A stretch of 61,586 bases of DNA, filler included, from Dimargaris cristalligena (lineage: Eukaryota), in assembly GCA_003614675.1 (NCBI GenBank). It is 2 parts of 2 records of this genome, joined end to end, with 100 filler letters (N's around TTAATTAATTAA, not from the genome) between each part and the next. Parts side by side here need not be neighbours in the genome. Positions count along the whole stretch, not along the records: positions 1 to 30,764 come from ML002450.1; 1 more part is not named here. One strand, 5' to 3'. This document shows, one piece after another, positions 1-11,251 of this stretch. The notes under the pieces are model-generated. The model had not been told where the DNA came from, did not search any database, and saw only the letters and a program-made list of their open reading frames with translations. The position numbers were made by a program, and so were the translations under genes. Numbering within the stretch: the first letter of the stretch is position 1; each line of letters opens with the position of its first letter.

Positions 1-692
1 TGTATATAGATAATTTAATGGCCAACGGTATGGATTTCTTGGTGGAACTGAAGGCTCAAATAGATAAACAAGCGGCGACTCCAACCTCTTCCTAGAGATT
101 TCCTACCTTTTTATAAACCCCCCAATAAACCTAACCGCACTGCAATTTAGTAATGATGAATCTTCACCGATTTTGATATGGTGGATTTGACCTGTATACA
201 AGCCATGGGTGTAGCAACGGGAATCAATATACCTTCACTACCAGTAGTAACCTTAAGTAAGTGAGAGCTGACACTGCCAACTTTGCTTAGCCTTACCCAT
301 CATGTGTTTCCAGGAAAGTGGTTGGGTTTCTAGAATGTAGTCACATTATTTAAATATATATTCGTTGAGGCGGGGGTTGAGTTGATGGGGCTCTTTGGCC
401 AATGTGGTGAGTATAGCCTCGGGCCAAGACCGCATAGAGTATTTCGGTAGTTTGCGCTCGTGACAACCAAAGAAAGGATAGGAGGGAGTGGCGGCGGGAC
501 AATTCGGCCAATTCATTTATATATAGTATCTCCCACCCCGCCTATTATCTCCTCCACCTTAACATTTACTGTCATTCATACATGCCCCTTTCTCTTTTCC
601 AACCGGTCCTTGAACCCTTCCTACATTCAACCCCCTTGAGCTTTTCAACCTTATCCATCTATCTTATTCTTCCCTAGTCGAACCCCCCGAAC

Positions 693-1381
693 ATGTCTGC
701 CCCCAGTACCCTACCCCTCGCTGTGGATGCCGAGACGCCTCTGTCCCGACCCGAACTAGACGTTCTGCGCCGTCAATTCGACCGGGAAAGCCCCAATGTT
801 ACCGTCCAGACCAAATTCAACTACGCCTGGGGATTGGTCAAGAGCAACTACCGCAAAGACCAGGAGAAGGGCATCACCCTGTTGCTCGAAGTGCACCAAG
901 AGGCCCCTAACCGGCAGCGGGAATGCTTATATTACATTGCCCTAGGCTTTTACAAGCTCGGAAACTACGCCGAGGCCCGGCGCTTTAACCAGGCCCTGCT
1001 GGCCTACGAACCGAAGAACGAGCAGGCATTGTCCCTTGGCGAGCTTATTGACAAGAAAGTATCCAAAGGTCAGTCAGTCAGTCAGTAGTGGTCATGTTAC
1101 CAACCACCATATCATGTATATAGCCCGGGCATTATTGGCACCCACTGGCTCCCCTATATTACATATACATGTATATCTCCCCATAGTAGCCGTTGTCTAA
1201 CTCTAATATCCAATTTCACATATCCCCATATCCTCTCTAACCTAACTATGTTATACATTCCTCCTCTTCAATTACTCGCTGGACCTATGTGCGGTGGCTA
1301 GATGGTATACTCGGCCTGGCCCTCCTTGGGGCATCGGTGGCCGTCGGTGCCATTCTGGTGGGCTTTCTCCGCCGCAAGTAA
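693..1381 (+). CDS. FIS1: Mitochondrial fission protein Fis1 (exons 693-1068, 1302-1381)
   Basis: TPR-like Fis1 motifs [13 protein letters not shown] and [18 protein letters not shown] phase-1 intron (GTCAGT at 1069, CTAG ending 1301) joins an exon encoding the tail anchor [26 protein letters not shown]. Confidence 0.95.
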
Positions 1382-1597
1382 GCTATGCTGACACCAAACC
1401 ACTTCAAACCACTTACCCTTGATTTACCAACCAACCAACCATTTGAGTAAAGCCAATTCCAAATATTGAGTGAAATCCACTACGTCTTTCTTTTTGTAAT
1501 AAAACCGTGTATGATGTATTGACGTTAACTAAGTAATAATTCCGAGCCACATATACATTCCAAGAATAAATGTCCGTATGGGGGTTAAATCTCGAAT

Positions 1598-2134
1598 TTA
1601 AACGGCTTTGGCGGGAGGGGAAACCTGTATGAACATTCGTCAAAAGAAATAGCAAGAAAAGGTTAGATTAAATCGTTAGATAAAGGTGGCACTAAAAAAG
1701 CTCATGGAGGACCGCTAATGAGTATCCTTTAACCAGGTCAGCCGCCCGTCGTATCGATCAGAGTGGGAGTGGGGTAAAAGGGGAGAGAGAGACGGGAAGG
1801 GTGTGATTTTTTTAGAAATCATACTTACCAGAATAACACCGTCGCCACGCACAAACAACATATCGACCTTCCGGCTAGTAGTACGCACGATCTCTTCTTG
1901 GGTCTCGGGATTCAAATCCACATGGGTGACGTTCTCTTCCACATCCCCCAGGACCATGTTCAAGTGCTGGTCAAAGGCATGCAGCTTGCCTCGCAATTCG
2001 CGATCGCCGCGGAGTTTCACATAGATGTTCTCGTCGAGACTGAGTCGGACCAAATCCAAGGGTTCTTCGACTGACGATTGCACTGGAGGGTTCGTGGTAG
2101 CGGCAGGGGCGGCGGGGGAAGCAGCGGTCGACAT
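1598..2134 (-). CDS. LSM3: U6 snRNA-associated Sm-like protein LSm3 (exons 2134-1829, 1624-1598)
   Basis: [54 protein letters not shown] is the LSm3 Sm1/Sm2 signature. GTAAGT donor at 1828, CTAAC branch near 1665 and CAG acceptor give the usual end VSPPAKAV*. Confidence 0.95.
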
Positions 2135-3064
2135 GGTGTATATAGTTTTATATAGATATAAGTAGAAGGGTAAGTGGGTCTGTCCTAATAAATTAAATCT
2201 GAATAAGGATTGTTGGGGAAATATGGAGTATAGAATGCCAAAGGGAATGGAAACAGCCTAGGAAGCACCAAACGTGGAAGAGATGTTGGGGTAGCAAGAG
2301 AGAGCGAGGGTGTGTATGTGTATGTGTATGCCTGTACGCGGCGAACCAATGCGAATCCTGTGGGACACAGAATCCATTGCGGTTGCCCAGCGGGTTTCCC
2401 TTGGCGAAAAATAGTAACCCTTTCAAAAGACGACAATTTTTCTCGCTGTCCATAACGATACTTATCAGCAATTCCAATGGTTTCTTCTAATAAAGTGCTT
2501 GCGTCTTCTTGTTTCGAGATGCTGGACAGTAGCCTTATTTCGTTCGCCCTAAACCTTTTTCCGTAGTCCTCCCTTTATCGGGATAGTTGGCCGCCCCTAC
2601 AAAGGAGGCTTTCGGCTGCCACGCATCTACATACCCTTATATTTATAACCAAGACAGCCGAACTTCCCCGACACCCGACGATATATAGTGCTTTTATTGT
2701 ATCGTAATCGATTCCCCATGCTAGTATTGGCACGTCTGGGTCATGGTCCCCGTCGTCAAGGTAAGTACTGTGTAAGAACATGGTTTATACATGTACTGCC
2801 CATAAGGAAGGGCCTAATCCTGTCGCTGGGAATACTGAACCTGCTTCCTAGTGTAATTCAGGCGCATAAATCTCTAAATGTTGCCACAAACCTATATCGA
2901 CGAATTGAAAGGTATGTGATTCCACTAACACTCCCCTTAATTTCCGCGCTATTTACCCTACACTTCGGCACCCAGGCCTATTCACATCTTTAAGCCAAAT
3001 AGGTGATTACTGCCGTTATAAAGAATCATTTCCCCGGCGCTTCACCACCCCCACCAATACGAAC

Positions 3065-4429
3065 ATGGCCCACCAGAGGAGGGCCTACCACCATCACTCC
3101 ATAACACCTGCCGCTGAATTACTGGTCATGGATTTTGATGGAACTCTTACCGGCTCCGATACCATCGCCGTTCTAGCCGATCTGGCCATTAACCAGGCCC
3201 AATCCCGAACCGACCGCCAAGCCAACTGGGAACTTATAGTCCAGGCCTACGTCGCAGACTACAGCCAGTTTCAGGCCCGATGGGATGTCACCGCCCCTAC
3301 CACCAACCCACCGTCCCGCCGCACCATGGTCGACCTCCAACGGTACTTTGTGGAACTCGACCATGTAGAGTCTCGGTCGATTGAACGAATCAACCAGCTG
3401 CGGTTTTTCCGGGGTCTGACCCAACGCACGCTTCTGGAATACGGTCATCGGTCCGTTCCGATGCAACCACAGTGTCTGACAGCCATTCGGAATTGGCTTC
3501 AACCAACCACCGGGACCGGGATCGTCGGAGGTCGGGCGACGGTAGGTGCGGCTATCCCAAACGGACCAGATGGCCAGACCGGGATGGCCCCATTTGCTCC
3601 CCAATCTTCCGTTCGAAGGAGTGATTTTCCAGTAGAGGAACCAACACTACCGCCCTCCGCGACCCCCGCTAAACGCTACCGCGACTGGGCCATTTTATCA
3701 GTCAACTGGTCCTGCGATTTCATCTTAGGTTCTCTGCTACCTATGTTGGATTTGGCCCTCCCTTCGACCTCGCCGACCCCAACGCCCCCGTCTCGCTCTC
3801 CACCCCCATCCTCGACAACATCCCAGGAACTGACCCCCGCCCTCTATCCCCCTCTGCTTAGTAGGATCCATAGTAACAACCTAGCCTACAGTGAAGAGCC
3901 CATCAGCTGTTCCCCGTTTCCTTCTTCGGCCACAGCAACTGGTACTATAAATGCACCTCTTCGTACCGGTCTCCATAAACTCAGCCGCCTGCGCCAAATT
4001 ATCGACAGTTATCACTTGGACCCGGACCCAATCGGACCACCTCCCTTGATCGATCAATCGCTGGAAGGCGGAGAGGCAACGCTAATTAGTTCACCAACTG
4101 GTGGTGAAAGACTGAATATTAGCACAATATACGTAGGCGACTCTATCAACGACTTGCCCTGTCTACTGGAGGCCGATATAGGCATTTTGATTGGACATAA
4201 TGCAACCGTTACTCAGTGGTGTGCCGATCTAGGCATCGTAATCCACGACGGATTACCCCAACGAGTGCAGGTTGTACCGCACACCCAGCGTGCACGGCGA
4301 ACCCGTTCCCGGGAAAGACACTCTACTCTCCGCCATCAGAACTGCGGTCTGCCTGACTCATCAGCTGGCTGGAGTCCTATTTACCGGATTACGCACTGGG
4401 AACAATTTGCAGCCTGGTACACTCATTGA
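3065..4429 (+). CDS. HAD-superfamily hydrolase, Cto1/UPF0655-like, with Pro/Ser-rich insertions
   Basis: HAD motif I DFDGTLT, motif II region ILSVNWS, motif III Lys in TGLHKL and motif IV YVGDSINDLPCLLEADIGI. Single 454-aa ORF. Confidence 0.8.
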   Translation: MAHQRRAYHHHSITPAAELLVMDFDGTLTGSDTIAVLADLAINQAQSRTDRQANWELIVQAYVADYSQFQARWDVTAPTTNPPSRRTMVDLQRYFVELDHVESRSIERINQLRFFRGLTQRTLLEYGHRSVPMQPQCLTAIRNWLQPTTGTGIVGGRATVGAAIPNGPDGQTGMAPFAPQSSVRRSDFPVEEPTLPPSATPAKRYRDWAILSVNWSCDFILGSLLPMLDLALPSTSPTPTPPSRSPPPSSTTSQELTPALYPPLLSRIHSNNLAYSEEPISCSPFPSSATATGTINAPLRTGLHKLSRLRQIIDSYHLDPDPIGPPPLIDQSLEGGEATLISSPTGGERLNISTIYVGDSINDLPCLLEADIGILIGHNATVTQWCADLGIVIHDGLPQRVQVVPHTQRARRTRSRERHSTLRHQNCGLPDSSAGWSPIYRITHWEQFAAWYTH

Positions 4430-4899
4430 TCAGTCCAACGACTCTCGCTCGCATTCAACAATGATTAAAGTAACATGGGTTAGGACTACTATTCGGAATG
4501 ATATATATTTCAATGGGAGAGTGGCTGAGCCAACGCTGAAAGTAAAGCAAGCCATCAGTAGATATTGCTAAATGACCATGCCCACTACCACAATCACGCA
4601 AGCGTCATATATATGTATATATTGTAATGAGATATACCTAAGTGTGAATAAAAGGGAATGGTGAGATGTGATTGAGGAGACAAATCTAGAAGGACCCTGG
4701 CCAATATGCTGACAAGGACCAAAGCAAGTAGTCGATTACATGGTTAAAATGAGTGAGTAATAATAATTAAGCAATGTACTAAATAGCTGCTAAATAAGTA
4801 AACGGCTATTGTAATACGGTGGTATGTGCGTGGGTGTGGGTGTGTGGGGTAGGGTAAGACTGGGTAAAGGCATCGATTCATAGAGTCCCCCCAACTCGA

Positions 4900-7221
4900 T
4901 TATTTCCAAATCTCACTACGCAGACGCTGTAGTTCAGCGGCAACATCCCGTTCACCGGTCGGAGTAGCCGCTCCATTTGAGCCCGCCGTAGCCGGCGCGG
5001 CCCCCGTTCCCGTAGTTCCCGTAGCGGATTTCTTATCGAGCAGGGATTGGAAAAAATTAGCCACGATTTCGCGCTGGGCGGGCTGGGTTCCATCGGTGTT
5101 CATGGTAGCCATCGTTGGTGAGGCCGCTCGTCCCGTGGCGGAAGCGGAGTGGGTAATGCCGGCTAGGGTGAGATTACCACCATGGTGGCCACCGGTAGCC
5201 GAGTTAGAGCGTAGGAGACTGGCTAAGCCGGCCGCGGCCGCCGCTGATGATGACGATGCTGATGATGTCGCAGTCGAGGAGCCTATTGCCGATGACGAGT
5301 CCCGGATTTTAGTCATGCGCGCGAGTTTAGAGGCAATATCTTCACTAGATCCCGAAGCAGAGGCCGATGGCGCCGTTGTCGTTGTCGTTGCTGTCGCGGT
5401 CGCCGCCGCGAAAAGTGGGGGCTCAGACCCCAGACCACTTCCACCGGTGAGACTAAGCCCATTGGTGTGGGGAAGGGTCGGGGACTTGACGTGGGGCACA
5501 CCGAACTGGCCGCCATCATCACCCACGGTAGACAACGTATTGGTAGCATGGGCCGTTTTATCGCTCAGTGTCTGCTGGATATTCCGGTAGTGATATTCTA
5601 GGAATACTTGGTCGTCCTCCGCTTCCACTGAGGTGGAGACCGTGAAGCCCGAATCAGCGGTGGTGGGGTCGGGAATGACCTCGGCGAAGATACGCAGAGC
5701 ACTATCGGTCTGGCCCTGGATACCGCCATCGACATTCATGTCCGTCTCCGAAAGCGGGTTTCCGGTACTGCTGGACAACTCCTTGCCCGCCCGGCGGAGC
5801 TGAATATCCCGGTCCCAGCCATCGGCCATGGCCTGGCAATCGTAGCCTTCACGCAGGATTTGGATTTTGGCCCAGGAGTCCCACCCGGTCGGGACAAGCG
5901 CCCGGTCCCGCTCAACTACATCCGCGCGGTAGGGAAATGCGAATAATTTATGAGTACGATGGGGAAATAGCGCATTGGCGGCGGAGTTGCCTTGTGCCCC
6001 ATCTGCCGAGTCCGAGGCCGTGCCATCACCCCCCTCATCACCGTCGGCATGGTTATTTTCGGAGTCGGCGGCAGTCGTAAGCGATGCCACTGACGTGGGG
6101 TGGGTCAGCCGGTGTACGAGGTAGCGGTACACTTGGGTGAAGGTATCGGGCTGGCGCAGGGAGGTGTAGAATAGAGACGCGCCGTACTTGAGGCAAATGG
6201 TGCGCATGGTTTGCTGGACAAAGTCGAAATGATCCTCCTTATAGTCCTGTTCCCGTTCCAAGTTAGCCACGGCGTCGGCCTTGCAGCATACCACCACGAT
6301 CGGGATACCCAGATTCTCACTCAACGAGCCGGGGCCCAGGGGCAGCAGTACTGAATGGGCGTTATTGCTGCTGGCAGTCGTGGTGATGGGTGGCCGGGAG
6401 GGGGCATCACCAAGGGGGGTATGGGGTGTACTCGCCGAATTGGCTGCTATGGGCGTGGGTTCCGCATATTCCTGGGTGAAACGTTCCAAGCGTTCGCAGC
6501 ATTCCTCCAGAACCACCTTACCCTTGGTCCAACCGGACCCTCCTCCCCCTTTAGCAGTACTGGTGTGGCCCGGCGAAGCGGCCTTGATGCGCTCCACTAT
6601 ATTCTCTAGTACCAGAATCCATTTCTGGAGCTGGTCGATAAAGGTCCAGGGCCGGGTCCAGTCGAGCACAATCACAACGGCCGTTTTGGTCACCGTCTCG
6701 ACATTCAGGGCGTATTGGAGCAGCGCCTGGTAAGTGGCGTGGTCATCGGCCAACTGGTACACTCCCAACCGGGCTACGTCGTCCTGCTCGTCGTCCTTGA
6801 CATCAATGTACGAATAGCCCAAGGCCAGGTCGTTCGTGTGGGCAAGGCGACCATTCCCCGACGCATCGGTATTCCCGAGGTCGCCATCAGTGGAAGTTGA
6901 GGTAGCGGTAGTGGAGGTGGCCGTAGTAGCGGTAGTGGCAGTCGTAGCGGTCGAAATGGATGTAGTAGTGGTGGTTCCAGTGGATTTAGTGGTTCCGTCG
7001 CCGCCAGGCCCTAAGGCGGGATTGGGCTGGGCAAAGGCGTGGGCGGAGGCCAAGCGGAGTTGGTGGATGAAGGCGGATTTGCCACTATGGGGATCCCCGA
7101 GCACCAAGACGTGGGGATGTAGGGAGAGTTTAGACGACCCGACGCTACTTAAGATGTCCGACCACAGGTTGGTCGCAGGGGCGTCCGCCGGGGCGGTTTG
7201 GGCATCGGCAACGGCGGCCAT
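4900..7221 (-). CDS. Cytoplasmic dynein light intermediate chain (DLIC family)
   Basis: NLWSDILSSV, P-loop-like VLGDPHSGKS, LDWTRPW, NLGIPIVVVCCKAD, FDFVQQTMRTICLKYGASLFYTS, VPTGWDSWAKIQILREG and C-terminal VANFFQSLLDKK are all DLIC hallmarks. Confidence 0.93.
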   Translation of the reverse strand: MAAVADAQTAPADAPATNLWSDILSSVGSSKLSLHPHVLVLGDPHSGKSAFIHQLRLASAHAFAQPNPALGPGGDGTTKSTGTTTTTSISTATTATTATTATSTTATSTSTDGDLGNTDASGNGRLAHTNDLALGYSYIDVKDDEQDDVARLGVYQLADDHATYQALLQYALNVETVTKTAVVIVLDWTRPWTFIDQLQKWILVLENIVERIKAASPGHTSTAKGGGGSGWTKGKVVLEECCERLERFTQEYAEPTPIAANSASTPHTPLGDAPSRPPITTTASSNNAHSVLLPLGPGSLSENLGIPIVVVCCKADAVANLEREQDYKEDHFDFVQQTMRTICLKYGASLFYTSLRQPDTFTQVYRYLVHRLTHPTSVASLTTAADSENNHADGDEGGDGTASDSADGAQGNSAANALFPHRTHKLFAFPYRADVVERDRALVPTGWDSWAKIQILREGYDCQAMADGWDRDIQLRRAGKELSSSTGNPLSETDMNVDGGIQGQTDSALRIFAEVIPDPTTADSGFTVSTSVEAEDDQVFLEYHYRNIQQTLSDKTAHATNTLSTVGDDGGQFGVPHVKSPTLPHTNGLSLTGGSGLGSEPPLFAAATATATTTTTAPSASASGSSEDIASKLARMTKIRDSSSAIGSSTATSSASSSSAAAAAGLASLLRSNSATGGHHGGNLTLAGITHSASATGRAASPTMATMNTDGTQPAQREIVANFFQSLLDKKSATGTTGTGAAPATAGSNGAATPTGERDVAAELQRLRSEIWK

Positions 7222-7892
7222 GGTTGCGAAATATATATAGATACAGTAATATAGAAGGAAGTGGCTGATGAGAGAGATGTAGATAGGGGGAAGTGGAAAT
7301 TACCCAGAGTATAAAGTGAGAGGTGAATGCGGTAAAGACAGGCGATATTTCGGATGAGGTCAAGGGTGGTAGGAGGAACTATAAACTCCGAGTCTAAGGG
7401 AGGAGAGAAGGGGAGTGGCGAGGTAGAGCATAGGGAATTCAGAGATGCGAGCTGAGCCGGCCACAACGGGAGGGCTGAAAAAGAGGGCGTAGGAGATACT
7501 GCATAATTCCACCAATATTGGGAGTTGGCCCAAGTGATCATCCAGCAGGGGTCGCTGGCTATATTCTTCACATAAAAGCTGGTCACCACACAATGCATGA
7601 CCCTTTAAGTTCAAGGACCACCGCCAACGATCAGCTCGTAGGCCATTTGATTTGAACTCCCTAATATATCATAATTAGAGTTGACCCACATTAAATACCT
7701 ATCGAATATATGTTCTTTTCCCCCACAATTATACACTAATGCGGGGATTCAGCCGATACTTCGCAGGTACCAGTAAATCCAACATGGGCCGAGATGGAAC
7801 CGCTAATAAAAAGGACTATTTTTTTAATAACTAGTTCACTATTTCCAAACATATAATCGATTATACTCCACGACAAACTCTATTAACGACAC

Positions 7893-9405
7893 TTAACCAG
7901 CACTTAATGACGCCTCCGCCACGGTCGCCACCTTCGAACCCAAGGATTTCTCCAGCGGGTCCGTATACAAACGCAGGGCCATGAATCGGGCATCGACATA
8001 GAGAAACGAGTTCCGATGTTGCCTATGGAACCATTGCACCACATGCTCAAAAAACTGGGGTTCAGCCGCCCATCTTGCATAAATCATATTATACGCCATG
8101 GTCGTTTCAATATGGGCTCGGGAATACCCAACCGTCGTCAAGAGTGATACGAGGAACCCGGAGAGTTCGACGGATAGGTTGAGTTGATGGAGTCGAATAA
8201 TGAGCAAGTCGGCGGCTTGGACACGGCCGTGGGCGACGAGAACGGTCAAAATAACGTGAATGAGCGTTTGCCCGAACCCCACACACATGCCAGACCACGG
8301 CCCTGGTGCTGCAGTTGATCCAGTTCCGATTCCAGCGGCGGGTGGTGGTAGTGGGGCTCGAGTTGAACCCCGATCGCCCTGAAACAACGACCCCGGTGGC
8401 CGCATCACTTCCTTTAGAAATAGGCGTTCCCAGTGGGTCTCCACCCCCTTCTCCAACATCACCCCACAAACGGACTCCGTATCGGCCGCAGGACCGAACA
8501 GTTGGGTTAAAACCCGGGCCAGTAGCCCCACGTTTCCTATTTTGGCTAGATATAAAATTGGAAACGCCCGGACCCACTGACTAGGGTTCAGTTGAAACAG
8601 GTCGACGGCTTTCAGGGACTGCAGCAAGGTGAAGAGCTTGGCCGAGTCCGAGCGATAGGCCTTCTGGAGGTCGACGTTGGTTAAGAGTCGCTGCAATAGA
8701 TCGGATTCGGGGGCGAAGCTGAGATCAGTATAGCGAAGCGATACTATCTGACAAGCCATGATCCCGCTAACTTCAAACCGAAGTAGGTCTACAAGGGCTC
8801 TGGTGGGGTCCGGACCTTCAAGCGCTCGGCCTACTCGGGCGATGACCTAAATAGGCGTAACACAGAAGTTGGAAAAGGCTTACGGTTAATATTATTATAC
8901 GAGATACATATAATACCTCGATTACCAGTCAATAATTAACCGTTATGGTGAAATGGATGCCCCAAGTCGCTTGGATTGACTAAGGATCCATTTGCGATAA
9001 TAAGGTGTGACAGAACGGGAGGGGGGTAGCCGGGCCCATGTCTACAAGAAAAATAAATACACCGACATCACACGAAACATGTCCGCTACATGGGTTGTTG
9101 CTGGCGACTAATGTTTATAATACACATACCAATTTTTTTAGTCGTTTCGCATAGGGCCGGAGCAATGGTCCCTTTCCCAGACCCTTTTCGAGTTGATGGA
9201 TATCTCCGCCCGACAGATTATCCATAATATTGATCAGTAACTCCGTCGGCATATCACGAACGTTTCTTCGGGGAGACTGGAATGTTGAAGGAGTCGGGGG
9301 CATGTCCTTCTTGGGTGGCTCATCATAGGCAAACGAAGCCAAATTAAACACAATACCACCTGCCACAGTGGCCAAGACCCACCACCGAATGCTAACCGAC
9401 ACCAT
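7893..9405 (-). CDS. Putative secreted protein with F-box-like motif and degenerate ankyrin-like helices (exons 9405-9130, 8846-7893; about 409 aa)
   Basis: The GTATGT donor at 9129 and TTAG acceptor at 8847 are both phase 0 and join the 9405 ORF to the 7893-8759 ORF frame. Hydrophobic N-terminus WWVLATVAGGIVFNLASFA, then RDMPTELLINIMDNLSGGDIHQL. TATAAATA upstream at 9674-9681. Domain calls are by eye. Confidence 0.6.
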
Positions 9406-10550
9406 TATTGCGAAAGCTATGCTAGATTTTTTTACCGAAAATTATGGAGAATGCCTGGGATGGGGATAAGGAGAGGGGCGGTAGCTTGTTTGTGGCTAAG
9501 GTCAATTCTAATGCGCCTTTGAAGGAAAAGAAGAAGATCTGACCGCAAACCGAACGGGGGGTAATGAGTGATATAGACTAGTAACTTTCGAATGATGAGG
9601 TCTAAAGATGATTCGCAAAAATTGTAGACTCAAAATAGTAGTCTCCTCACAAATGAAGCAGGAACTGAGTCGGTATTTATACTTATACGCGTTTGGGGAT
9701 CCTTAGGCCCGGAGCATTGTGTCCATTGGGCCTCTTTATCAAAATATAAATTCAAGATTAAGTCCTATTGGGGTTGGGAAACGAAAAGGGGGGCTAGCCA
9801 ACTTCACTTGACTCCTTAAAAGTGGAATCAAGTACAGGTGCGTAATAGGGAAGTAATGTGCGCCAGTCGACTGAAGTGACGGGTGGTACAGTGCTACCAT
9901 AAAAACATACATTGTATATACTGACTCTGTGTATTTCGGACAGCCCTTTCTCTCCACAAGTAGGGCATTTCCCAGCTCTTCATTCACAACAGGAAATAAT
10001 CGGAAAAATATATTATTTTCATGGCAGATTGAGTTTGAGTAATTACACCCTCCATAAGGAAAAATACACTCGCCCGTCAGACCCCAAACCAGTGGGTAGT
10101 GAAGTAATCAAACCTATTGCAAATTTAATAGGGACCTACCCGCCCAACTATCATCAGCTAGGCCAGTTGACGTAAAAAAAACTCATCAAATTCTTCATGC
10201 TGGGCCCTGTTTAAGAGCACGAAGGATGTGCGTGTAAGGGATAAATCGGCGCTGTATACCCCAATTGCCTAAACGAAAAGAGGGAAAATACGAGTTCTCC
10301 ACCCCCCGTTTCGGGCACCGGTTCTACAAGTCAGTGTGGATAAACGTGCACCAGTTATGGCCGCGGGTTACCGCGTGTCTACCTCCCCTTCCCTCATTGC
10401 CCATGGTACACCAGCTGCCAGCGACTGGAATATGTTGTGGGGCAAAATGGGGAACAGACGAGATGGCAGAGACAATACGATGCATTTGGGTTTCTTTCCG
10501 GAACCATTGGCCAGAGTAGCGGCGGGAATAGACAAGTCGCAGGGGTTTCC

Positions 10551-10694
10551 ATATGGCAGAAGTTCATCCAGGCTGTACAACGAAACATCCATTGGATGAG
10601 GTCAATACTACTAGTTAAAAGCTATTCTCACATATATTTACCCATACACGTATTATGTAAAACCCTATACAGCTGGGTTGAAGTTCACCCATAT
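10551..10694 (+). mobile_element. 144-bp TIR element (MITE-like), copy 1
   Basis: ATATGGCAGAAGTTCATCCAGGCTGTA...TATACAGCTGGGTTGAAGTTCACCCATAT, with about 30-bp imperfect terminal inverted repeats. Aligns without gaps to the copies at 21608, 31613 and 41884. Confidence 0.85.
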
Positions 10695-11251
10695 TGTAGC
10701 AAAAATAGGCTACTGAGCCCCTCAGTTCATACCACTAGCCCTTTACTGGATCAACGGCAAGATTACAAACCGGCCATTCATCTTCGCAATAGGCACTTTA
10801 TTCTACGATAATTAATGGAATGGTAATTCCAGAAATTCAATGCCTGAGGGTTTGGTTAAACAGATAGGGTATTCGACTAGCAAGAGCCCTCATTATTTTT
10901 AACAGCCATTTATGGAAGTGATGCCGATCCGCCCACAAGACCTGCGTAAGTCCTATAGATACTAGGCGGTGGGATCGAAATCTAAATGCTGAGAGCGTAT
11001 AGGTGAAAAGCCCCCCTTCCTCCTCCTCCCAGTCACAGACGACTAATACCAGTCAGACTTTATGGGATTATCCCCCCCGCAAAGTATTATACAAGGTACT
11101 TTTTTATTATTAAACATTGATTCACTTTTGTTCCATACATTCCCTCCATTTCGACCACCCCCCTCTCCTTTTGGCCCTAATTTGCCCACCCCTCCGGGAT
11201 TCGCTAACCACCACCTCCCCTGCCGCTTGCTCTAATTGCTCTCCCCCCCTC

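Noticed and set aside
150..275. Second box C/D-like pattern
   Set aside because: No terminal stem or recognisable guide; such short motifs occur by chance.
1722..1733. GTATCCTTT U12-type donor
   Set aside because: It lies on the strand opposite the LSM3 intron, past the FIS1 stop, with no partner exon.
5096..7240. Long antisense ORFs over DLIC, and similar ones over VAC14, OSBP and IQGAP
   Set aside because: Shadow frames caused by GC-rich biased codons and low-complexity tracts in the real genes.
9588..9673. Box C/D snoRNA-like pattern (ATGATGA...CTGA, about 78 nt)
   Set aside because: It is antisense to the leader of the F-box-like gene, has only a 3-bp terminal stem, and has no guide that I can match to rRNA.
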